Shown here one piece after another: positions 53,470 through 64,000 of a stretch of 64,000 bases of DNA. Position 1 is the first letter of the stretch. Each line of letters begins with the position of its first letter. The DNA lies in the NCBI GenBank assembly GCA_000320545.1, contig ADNK01001594.1:62001-126000 (forward strand). The letters run 5' to 3'. Under the pieces are notes generated by a model that did no database searches, was not told where the DNA came from, and saw only the letters and a program-made list of their open reading frames with translations. Both the position numbers and the translations under genes were made by a program. Source of the DNA: Bigelowiella natans CCMP2755. Its lineage: Eukaryota > Protista > Cercozoa.

Positions 53470-54286
53470 CATATTGCTGCGCAGGTTTTGCACCTAGTAG
53501 CCACAGCCAGCAGCCAGCAGCCAGCGGCCAGCAGCCAATAGCCCGCGCAAATGTACATGCCGAAATATGTAGGCGATGTGTGGTTCTTCTCTAAACGATG
53601 CTTAGTACGGCACTTTGAATCTATCATGCAAATTTCTTTTTTTCTCAGCATGCAGCAGCAGCAAAAATAGCATTCAAGGCAGAAATAGGCTGCTAAAAAA
53701 GAGGAGCATAGTCCTGTCGTCGATTGTGGACGCAAATACATGGAGTGCTAGTTTGGAGTGAACGTTGAATGCCGCAGTGACGGTTGAAGTTTGCGACGGG
53801 CAAAGCTAGAAAGTGCCTTCTACCATGTGGCGAGACAATGCGAGAGACCCTAACTAGCGAATAATGCACATCAATTTATCCAGGCCCTTCTTTAATTTTT
53901 TTAGCTAACCTCACTCACATGCTTGAATGTGCCGTGCCTCATCCTTTTTCGAAGACGTCGGAATGGCACCAGGTAGGTTGTGAGGCATCGGTGAACAATT
54001 CTCCATTTCTCAGAATTCCGGGAATTATTGTTCATCTTGCATTTAGAACATTCTCCGATGTCTCTACATGAAAATCGCATTGATCCAAGGGGACTTTTGC
54101 AGACGTTCGAAGAAAGCAGAACGTGTGCATATAACAGACTGTTTTGAAAGTGCGACAACAAAATATGTGCTAAAAGTCTTGCAATTGACAATGTACAAAG
54201 AGCAGCCCTCAAACAGCTAACCAGGAATGGCACCCTCCTCGCGAATAACATAGAGATGGTGGGTGATTCCTCGGATGAAATAAAGA

Positions 54287-54955
54287 ATGTTTCACACAAT
54301 TTTCCGAGATTCAATCCTTTATTTGAACTGGGATGAACCGGGAAAGGGTTTTTCGTTTTTCGCTTCATCGGAAGTTTTTCTCTTTCTTCTCTTCCGTCGG
54401 GCAAAGGACCATTTGAATCTGAATAAAAGAACATGTTGCAAATCAGGTGAAATCCGCCACAGCTTCAATACCATGCCTAGTTGTACCTCCGGTGACTACT
54501 GATAAAATGAAATAAAATTTTTGGCCGTATGTAATGTGCTCCCTTTTACCCATGATTAGGTCCTTCGCTTTTCAAATGCAGAGGTGAAGCTCTAATGTAA
54601 CTTTGTATAGTATTCGAAGACATTGGCGCTCACTTCTGACTGTTTGTGACAAAATTTTTCTTGCCATTCTTTCCAGAGCGGTCATAAACAGGTATGCGAG
54701 CTACCTTGAACAACACATTTTAATTTAATTCCAGTTTTCGATTTACTTTCATTTTTTTGCCATTGTTGTATACGATTCCTTCAACAATCAGATCTTGACT
54801 GTGTACAACCCCTTAAATTTCTACGTCGAGTTTAAAATACTCTCAACGCGTCCTGATTCCTACGACGTCATCCCCGCTACAGGTACGTAAGTAGTTGTTG
54901 CTGATCCAGCTGTAGTAGCCATGTTTTTATTCGATTTAGCTGCTTTTTATGATGT

Positions 54956-55021
<66 letters not shown>

Positions 55022-55855
55022 ACATCTTAACTCCCAGTCTTCCATTGATGTAGTGGTAATATGAATTAAGTTGTCAGTAGGCCCCGACATCATTCTAACA
55101 GCACCCACTAATAGTACTAAAACAACATAAATTGCAATTACTGATACTAACACTGCTACTACTACTATCACACAACAGCTGCTGCTTGCTACTGTTACTA
55201 CGATACCTGCTTCTACACACCTAAAGAACATCACCATCACATGATGACGCACTTCTTGCAACATTCTTGGCAGATAAAGTTAAAGGAGGACGGCGAGGCT
55301 GTGTCCAAGAAACACAAATTTTTAGTGCGTGTATTCAATACGAAAGCCTCTGTCGCGGGAGATCAAGTCGTCACCGTAGAGTACAAGAGGAGGAGGAAAA
55401 ATGCGAAAAATGTATCAGTGGTAACGTAAGCGCTTACTCTTAGAAATAGAGCATACTAAATGATCCTACAACTTCTTATTAGGAGGCATTGCACAAATTG
55501 AAACATGAAGTTGTCCGCAGTAAGACTATATTCTGTTAATCCATTTTCTCCACACTAATTTTCTATCATATAAACGATCAGAAAATGTCGAAATGAATAT
55601 GAGAAAGAAGAAATGGAATATATATCCCTTCATCATCGGTGGCCTCCTCGTCGCCTTGTTTGCCTCTTATGAAATATCATCACTGAGCTCTACTTCAAAG
55701 ATGTTTATATCCTACCTCATTGGTCAGCAGAAGAGCAATTTTGCAAGCTAATTTTATTCTGAGTTGCTAATGAGTTGCTGCTGTTCGGTCGTGACATACG
55801 TTTTGTGCTCTCTTCAGGAATCTGTGTGACCCTAGCTTATTCTGGAGATTGGTGA
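54287..55855 (+). CDS. MSP-domain membrane protein (MOSPD1/MOSPD3-like), multi-exon (start tentative)
   Basis: Spliced VLRFSNAE-SGHKQ-ILTVYNPLNFYVEFKILSTRPDSYDVIPATG-HLNSQSSIDVV, then HKFLVRV, and two C-terminal hydrophobic segments (...KMFISYLIGICVTLAYSGDW*). Confidence 0.8.
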
Positions 55856-56646
55856 TTGGTTCACGGAGACGACGTTAGCTATTTGAATTGATGCGGTTTG
55901 GAGATACAGAAAATTTAATATGGGCAGTAGACAACTTGACGTCGTTATGAGAGTAGCAGTGGCACTAGTTGAAATTTACACTATTCTGTTATCTGTGATG
56001 CTGAATTAGTTCGTTGTCAAAAAGACATCACGATGCGTACCTTGCCATATGCAATTAACAAAAATCTGTCTTGAAGGAAAAAAATAAGTAGAAATACAAT
56101 CCCTAATGTACGATGCGGCTCATAGAAATATAGCATAAATGAACGTGGATGCATGTGGAAAACATTAAAATTTCTGTCATTGGCGAGGCAATCATCTCTA
56201 GCTAGCTAGATCTAGCCAAGTGTGACATCGCCCGTTATGCATTGGCTTGTCTGTTCTTATGAAAAACGTGATCAACATTGTGATAGCAGCGGAAGACACT
56301 GGGACATTCTAGACAATTCTGCGGGCCATGCTAGCAGGTAGCATGTCCTGCGTGCTAGCTAGCTAGCATGTCCTGCTACACTGTGGACACTAGCTCGCAT
56401 AGGGTACCCAGTGTTAATGCTGTAGCTGTTGTACCAACAACATCGCAGCGCCTGCAAATGCCAACGCACGCAATTGTGCACAATTGCTTTCAAACAACAA
56501 ACAGTGACATGGCAGGTTCAAACAAGGCGGCGCTTGTGCAGGCCAAAAGTTGCCACAAGCATCGGCCGTGCGTACAGCTGTAGAGTTGTAGATCAGCTGA
56601 GATGCTGACTGAATTCTGTGCAACATTTTGCATGGATTAGCTATGG

Positions 56647-57824
56647 ATGATGCGAAACGCTCCGTCCAGTCGCGGTCTGGCAGGATTCTGCACAGCGTTG
56701 GCGCTTGAGACATCCATGGATGGCATCGACAATTCTAGGAGAGATCCATTGAACACCACGTACACCACTCTCTTGTTTGAAAAACGAAAAATTGTAATAA
56801 ATCGGATTGTTTTTCTGCCTGCGACAAAGGAAAAACACCAGGTTCTGTAGTTATTGTCGTCGTAATATTTAGTCAAGACATAGCCCAGTGGGGTGTATGC
56901 CATTACTGGAATTTCTGAGTGCCCCCCCTTCCTGCATGCACCAAGATGGTCGCGCAGACACCCGGTGTGGATAAATATTTAGGAAAGAAATAGCTTTGAA
57001 TTGATCATTTATGGTAGTTGTTGTTATCTGGGCAAGTACGATATCGATTACAGAAACTTGACTTTGTCCGTTCTTGATCGATTCTCATTATCGTTTCAGA
57101 GCATACCCTGAATTTTTGTGGTTACAGTCTGCCATTCGCCTTTCATCTCATAACATAAATCGCAAAGGTTTGCCAGCCGATACAGACGTTGCAATCAAGA
57201 CGAAAATTGACATTTCAGCGACACTGAAGAGCTTCGCGTTTAAGATGTCGGGCAGAGTGGATCAGGGATTAGAGGCCCAGAACAGACGAAATGCTATCAA
57301 ACGCCGAGCTAAGGAGGAATATCCCGTCGCATATATTGTTTATGCTCTTTCGTCATTCACATACACAATGGTAATAAGTTCACAATGCATCGAATATGCT
57401 GCCTGACATTGGTACTTGGAACTGTCCACAGCTGGGAATCTCAATGTTGACCATATTCCGGGATCTTCCACACAGTTTCCGAGAAAATTGTCTCATCAAC
57501 CTCGATCTCTACGCAGTCCTGCTTGTAATTCAAGGGTAGAAGCGGCCTCCGTACACAGATGGTCAATAAAGATAATCATTTTTTGTCCTCCCTGTAACTC
57601 AGGCCTGTCTCATTTTGGGCGGATGTTCTGGAAGACATGATATGGTACCGATAAGATGAAATTTCAAACCATCGTGTAAACCTCTTTTAACGTGTCTTTT
57701 GTGGATAACCATCACTTTACACACCAAGGATGCGGAAGGGTTTAGGTCAATTTTGTGATTCTTTACTGGCTCCAACTCTCACGGTGCTTGCGATTTCAGG
57801 TGATGATTACTTGTATAAAAGATG

Positions 57825-57869
<45 letters not shown>

Positions 57870-58566
57870 TTTGAGTTTAGACATATGGTATTTGATCTAT
57901 CTGTTAAAACGTATTCAGGATCATTATACTGGGGCGAGCTCTTGAGCAATGAAGAGCTGTACTTAGCCAGGACTCTTATTACAGGTCGGATTGGATCGAT
58001 GAACTGTCCCTATCTAAAACCCATTAGAATAATATCCATCATATGCCACTACTCTCATCGCTCAATTATTCTTTCACATAATCACCCGTCTCTATTTCGT
58101 ATGTTATTTGTCTCAGGACCTATCATATTCTGCGTAAATCGGTAGATCGCACCCATAAAACGGCATATTGATTTTGATTTTCTCATAATACCGCAGTATT
58201 AGTTTCACAAACCAATGCATCAGATATTTAGATGGTATATGTATCTGCTCACAACACAACCACATAATTATGTAAGTACTGTAGTATATTTACGAGGCAA
58301 CTACTGTCTTTTAGGATGGTAACTGGCAAGTTCCCTGAAAAGTTCATTCTTCATTCTCTCTGGCACATCAGCATGCCAGTAATTGGAGCGGTGAGTACGG
58401 AGTATGCAGAGGGGCTGTTGTACACGCATAAGCATGTTGCGGGAAAGAATAAAATCTATTCCATTTTAGCAATATCGTAATATTGGTCACTGAACATGAT
58501 CTTTACATTTAGATGTTACTATCGACGATAATCTCCAGACGAAAACTTGACGAGGTGGTTGAGTAG
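56647..58566 (+). CDS. Uncharacterised multi-TM protein with C-terminal HSLWH motif, multi-exon (5' end uncertain)
   Basis: Consecutive spliceable exons YIVYALSSFTYTM-LGISMLTIF...LLVIQG-PVSFWADV...FCDSLLAPTLTVLAISG...FILHSLWHISMPVIGA-MLLSTIISRRKLDEVVE*. Confidence 0.6.
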
Positions 58567-59088
58567 GAACCCTCGCTGATGCAATGAGAATACAGCACAA
58601 CGCAAAGGCACACGAACTAAGTGGCATTAAAATTTGACAACATTAATTAAACGACTCCGTCATCAGTGTGTCAAGCTGTTTTTCATGTAAATTGTCATTA
58701 CCAACTGTAAATTGTGAACAATTTGTTGCATGATGTGATCATTATGATATTCTGTATTTGTCACTGCAACTGTGAGCAATTTCCAATATTTTGGGGGTTT
58801 GGGTGTTTCTGGCTGCGGTGCAAGTAGGTTGCAACATTCATCGTGTGAGGTGCATCATTCCAACTGCCCGTGGTCTTGGCCACTCCCAATTGTGTGCACG
58901 ATCACTGATGTCCATTCGACGCACATGCGCGTTGCACAACTCAAACACGAGATGCCGTGCACTAGATGCACACTGAGCGCACGATTGCACGATGGGCGTG
59001 TGTACCAGTCACAGCCAGAACTATTGTCAGAATGACATCCTGTGTGGATGCGTGTCCTCTCCTCCCTGTCCGTCATTCTGCTCTCCTC

Positions 59089-59143
<55 letters not shown>

Positions 59144-59256
59144 TTCTTTCTCTTTCTCTTTCTTTCTGGCTTTCTGCCTGTGCATGTGTGTGTTCTCGGT
59201 GCATGAGCGTCTTCAATTGTGTGCGCACACGTTCTAGACGTTGCTTTTGTCAGTGT

Positions 59257-59299
<43 letters not shown>

Positions 59300-60118
59300 C
59301 GAGAGAGAGAGAGATGGAAAGAGGGAGCGAGAGTTGCGATTGTTGTGGTTTTTCCAATGGTGACTAGGTGAGGGATGTTGATGGTGTTGCAACGTGAGGA
59401 ACAGGAATGCCTCGCTTGTTTTCTTTCGTTCAGTTGTTTGTTCTCAATTTGGCCCATGTCAATGCTGCTGTGTTGTCTTGTCCAGTTCCACGCGAAGGGC
59501 AATGATTGTTGTGGTGATGATGACAACGAGATTGATGCGACCACAGTCATCACCAGGTCGTCGGGGTTGTGACGACAGACTGCTAGACTGCATGCAACCA
59601 TCAATTGTGCCCGAACATTGAACATTTGGCTTCACATTGCTGCAGTCACCACGTGCGAGCAAGCACCTCATGATTGATTGATTGATTGATTGATTGATCA
59701 ATCCGTGTTAACGAGTGGAGCAATCCCAAACTGAAGTGGATGATGTGAACAGTCGTGTGCCCTGGATTCAGGCACCAAGAGCGCATTTTTTTTTGCAGAC
59801 GGCTCGATTTCCATCCCCCGTTTGCATTTTGCGTCGCTTCTGTTCCTACGACAACTAAATCCAGGACATGGTGAGTAAAATGGGCAATTAATTTCCCTGT
59901 CACTCCGTCTGCGAGCACCAGCTCTACGGCAATGTGCATCTCTGCCGAAGGATGCAAATGGCCATGTGTTTTAAAGCGACGACAAGACTAAAGGCTTGCC
60001 TTAGTACGCATCTTCATGGGTATCGTCTATCATCTTCCAACTCCATAGAAATAGTTTTCAAAAGTGCGGACAACAAGCTTCTTCTGTCGCGTCCACTCTC
60101 CACTGTCCACTGTCCACA

Positions 60119-61998
60119 ATGTGCTCCGTACATCTATTGGCACGTTTCCTTTTCTTGACTTCCTTCAGTAGCATTGTTGGTAAGATTTAGTATGGATGCA
60201 TGTATACGCTAACGGTGAAAGTCACATCGGCAACATGTTGCTGCATTTAATGGAAAATGGAAGTGATTTTCGCAATTGGTAGAAAGTGTTTTTGAAGATC
60301 ATTATGAAAAGTGGACACTCATTATGTGCAATTATGTTTTTAGGCGAGAAGGGTGATTCATCTACACCTTTCAAACCCCACATAATTTACATTCTAGTGG
60401 ACGATTGGGGATGGGCTGATGCAGGATATCACAGAGAGGTTAATGATTCGGATTTGCAGACACCAAACATTGATGATCTTGTCAGAAATGGCGTTGAGTT
60501 GGATAGATTCTATACGTATAAATTTTGTGGACCAAGTCGGTGTGCAATTCAGACTGGCAGGAATCCCATCCATGTCAACGTGCTCAATGATGAACCTGAT
60601 GTCGCCAATCCTGGAGATCCTATCAGTGGATATGCAGGAATCCCTCCAAATATGACTGGAATGGCATCTATTTTGAAACGAGCTGGTTATCGAACTCATG
60701 CAGTAGGGAAATGGGATGTGGGTATGGCATCGCAAGCTCAGCATCCCAAGAATAGAGGATATGATTCATGGCTCGGATACTGGCATCATTGGAACGATTA
60801 CTGGACTCACTATGAAGAAGAAGATACTTGTAATGGATCAAAGTTAAGAGATTTGTGGAAATATAATTCTTCCTATGATGGGCCTGCTTTTGAAGCTAAG
60901 AATGGGGGAAATTGTTCTCAGGAGAATCAGCAGCCTGAAGGGGAAATATGCGTGTATGAAGAAGAGATGTTCAAGTCCGAGGCCTTCCAGATTGTCCGTG
61001 ATCACGCTTCAAGTCACAAAGAGGAGCCTTTGTTCCTCTTTTGGAGTCTTCATCTTGTCCATGCCCCAAACCAAGTTCCAGACTCTTACTTAGAAAAGTT
61101 CAAACATGTAGATGATCCCCGACGACGAGTAGTCAACGCTATGGTGTACTATATGGACGAAGAAATTGGAGAAATGATTAGGTTACTGAAAAATGAAACA
61201 GCAGGGACCAATATTTGGAATCAAACTCTGGTAGTAATTCATAGCGACAATGAAGGTCCTCTTGAAGCCAGAGAAGATGCCATTCGTAATGAATCTTCCC
61301 TAGCCAATAATTGGCCTCTCACAGGAGGCAAGGGTTCTAATTGGGAAGGAGGTATTAGAGTGAATGCCCTTGTCTCGGGTGGTATAATACCGCAGAATCG
61401 TAGGGGGGAAAAGGAGACTGGATATGTGACAGCATGGGATTGGTACAGTACTTTTGCTAGGCTAGCGCGGGAAGATCCATTTGATTATGAATCTTCCAAA
61501 GTTGGACTACCTCCCATTGACTCGATTAATGCATGGCCTACCCTGACAGGCAATGCGAACCAAGAGAGTCGTAAGGAAATAATTATTGGAGATGCAACGA
61601 CTTTCGTATCTGGAAATACACTTGTGGGCGGTTTAATAAGAGATCAATATAAGCTTTTGGTCGGCAAAAAGGATGGGGAAGGGGTCATCGGTTATTACGT
61701 GCAAACGGGCCCGTATTGGCCGAATAGTACTACTCCCAAACTTCCGCCAAGTTGGCCTCATTTTAATACGAAAGTATGCTGTAGAAAGGTTGAAAACGGA
61801 TGCCTATTCAATATCTTTGATGACCCAAGTGAGAGAAACAGCTTGAGTGAACAGAAGCCGGATCTTTTCGTAGAACTACTATCACGTGTTGACAACGCAC
61901 AGCTTTCAGTTTTTTCTCCAAATCGAGGGGAAAAGGATGATGAAGCATGCGATGTTGGAGAAAACACTTATAATGGATATTGGGGACCATTTCTCTAG
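60119..61998 (+). CDS. Arylsulfatase paralogue: signal-peptide exon 60119-60179 plus one large exon 60344-61998
   Basis: PHIIYILVDDWGWADAGYH, FCGPSRCAIQTGR, VGKWDVG, NNWPLTGGKGSNWEGGIRV. Exon 1 MCSVHLLARFLFLTSFSSIV joins in phase via gtaaga...ttttag. Confidence 0.93.
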
Positions 61999-62691
61999 CT
62001 GATGATGCCGTACGTCGTATGACTGACATCAAGTTATCTAATTTAAATGCTAGCGTAGTGCAGACAAGCGTTAGTACACATTGCACAAGTAGCATCTGTA
62101 ATCGATGCTTTACATCAAAATTGTTGCGAAAGAGGACATTTAGTGGCAATGGACAGAACTAGAGAAACGTGTGCACGCATCTTGCATCGGCATGAATCAT
62201 CATCAACCTAGTCATGGTCATACTGCAATGCTAGAATGCACAGCATGCATGCTTGTATCCAGAAACATGAATGCGCGTTTGTTTTAATCGACAAGGTCCA
62301 GGCTAGCAGAGTGGACATCAACCAAATCAGGCATGCTAGCATTCCACAAAGTCGAAACGTCGTTGGGCGGCATCTCTAGATGTGCTAATCTAAATCGACA
62401 TGGCCATGTCTGTGGTGCACATGCCAGGCTAGCTGAGGATCATCGCGCCTGGCATGTCTTTGTCAGTTGCAGCGTGTGCATGATGCCCCTACTTCTTCAT
62501 AGTCTGGCTCAAAATGAGCAGCTGCACCTGTGCATGCTAGCATGGTTCATGCACACTGCTGCGTTCTTGGCATGAAACGATCGAACGCAGCTCAGCGCGG
62601 CTATTTGCTAGATTCACAACCTCACAAATGCTGCCAGTTTTCAATCAATAGTCATTAATTGTGTGATAAATAAATTTGAGATAGAATCCTA

Positions 62692-63204
62692 CTACTGCAT
62701 GCACTGCGTGCTAAGCCAATTGACGGCTGTTATTAGAAGAGACTGGTTGCTCATCACATCCTCCGAACTCAAAAATTCCTTAAATGTCTTTTTGGCATTA
62801 TCGATGAAGTAACCAGTCTTTTCATTGGAGGTCTTGTGAAAGAATTTTCGCATCTAAATTTGGACAGAATCAGTCATGAATGATGTAGCAGGAAAAATAG
62901 ACGTTGGAAGAGTCATTCGGTTTCATGGGACGTAAGACAGCTGCAATTCATAGATTCATTAATATAGAAGGAATCGTTAATACCCTTTCAAGTGGCTGAG
63001 ACATAGCGTCATAACGGGGCAAGGGCATGCCAAAAGACCGTGGATACTCCTCAGAATCACCGTCCAAGAGCATCAGAATGCGCCTCTAAATAATGTTGAT
63101 CGTGATATTGATTAGATTATTATGGGTAGCATATTTGCAGGAAGTAAATAAATTATGGTCTTGTGGAATGATGCAGATTTTTACACATATTCTTATTTAT
63201 ATGT

Positions 63205-63280
<76 letters not shown>

Positions 63281-64000
63281 CACCTCCAATTGGATTTGCA
63301 CAGTTTGCTGTAAAAGTTCCTTTCGAATTGACTCGATAAAAGCTTTCAATTTGAAGAGAAGATGGGACTGTCGTTTTCCCGTGATATCCACTTTCAGTGA
63401 TGCTGATAGTAGATCTGGAGCATTTCTATCATTACGTCCCTCATCCCCCCCCCTTTCCTCCTCTTCGGGTTCATCTTCCTCGGCCCAGGTACACTGACTG
63501 TTATCATAGCTTTCCTTCCGAGTATGTTGGTGTCCCCCATCATTTTCTTCTTCTTCTGGCTGCTGTCCCCTTTGTGCTGCTTCTGATTCTATATCCTGAC
63601 ATTTCTCAGGTGGATGGAGCAGCGAGTGAGACAGGAGGTTGAAGGCTGAGGGCACTGGAACTCTTCTTCGAAGATTCACCTGGATGCGGGAAGTTAGAAT
63701 ATCTGAATCATCAGTTTTCGACTAATTCAAAAGCATACTGCCGTTGCTACTACTACTACTACTACAACGACGACTACTACGACTACTACCACCACCAGCT
63801 ACTATTTATTACAGCACTTTACCATAGTTCTCAAAGACGAATATACTGCCAGCGTCAAGTGGAGCAGATCCTTCCTTACCCTAGTGCTAACGAATGGAGG
63901 AGGAGGGCCGTCTTGGCGACAAATGTAGACAAGTATAAGTAACTCGATCGTTTATCAGCACATGCAGCATTCATAGAACCCAAGCATCGTTATTACTACC
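62692..64000 (-). CDS. 3' part of an unknown multi-exon protein gene
   Basis: Exon ORF 63278-63679 has an acidic stretch. The last exon reads MRKFFHKTSNEK...WLSTQCMQ* with stop at 62692-62694. No family recognised. Confidence 0.55.

Noticed and set aside
58855-59625. 256-aa minus-strand ORF
   Set aside because: Spans CT/GA microsatellites in TA-poor DNA, where stop codons are scarce; low-complexity product.
17311-61998. Sulfotransferase plus two sulfatases as a sulfation gene cluster
   Set aside because: They are separated by unrelated housekeeping genes, and both families are commonly expanded in marine algae.
1-64000. rRNA/tRNA genes, transposase or reverse-transcriptase ORFs
   Set aside because: None recognisable by eye; tRNAscan-SE, Infernal and a TE HMM search would be needed to exclude them.

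Overview
Eukaryotic nuclear DNA with GT-AG spliceosomal introns and the standard genetic code. It is most likely from a chlorarachniophyte alga; this is an inference from a nucleus-encoded plastid-type L22 with a signal+transit leader. About 16 protein genes are present: two head-to-head NHL-repeat surface proteins, plastid rpl22, RACK1, an ankyrin/CaaX protein, an Stf0-like sulfotransferase, nicastrin, a 17-kb kinesin-4-like gene, two paralogous arylsulfatases (8 exons vs 2 exons), a small Cys-motif protein, an intronless bacterial-like nucleoside hydrolase, an FSH1 serine hydrolase, a MOSPD1/3-like protein, a HxxWH membrane protein and one unknown partial gene. The first 12 genes alternate strictly as divergent pairs whose short promoters are enriched in a TRCGACA motif. 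The spacers downstream of genes are strongly depleted of CC/GG while CpG is intact and CTAG/AGCT arrays are abundant, which suggests a CC-context methylation/hypermutation (RIP-like) process acting on intergenic and transposon DNA. A microsatellite-saturated domain spans ~18-48 kb. Exon boundaries were read by eye and several start codons are tentative.
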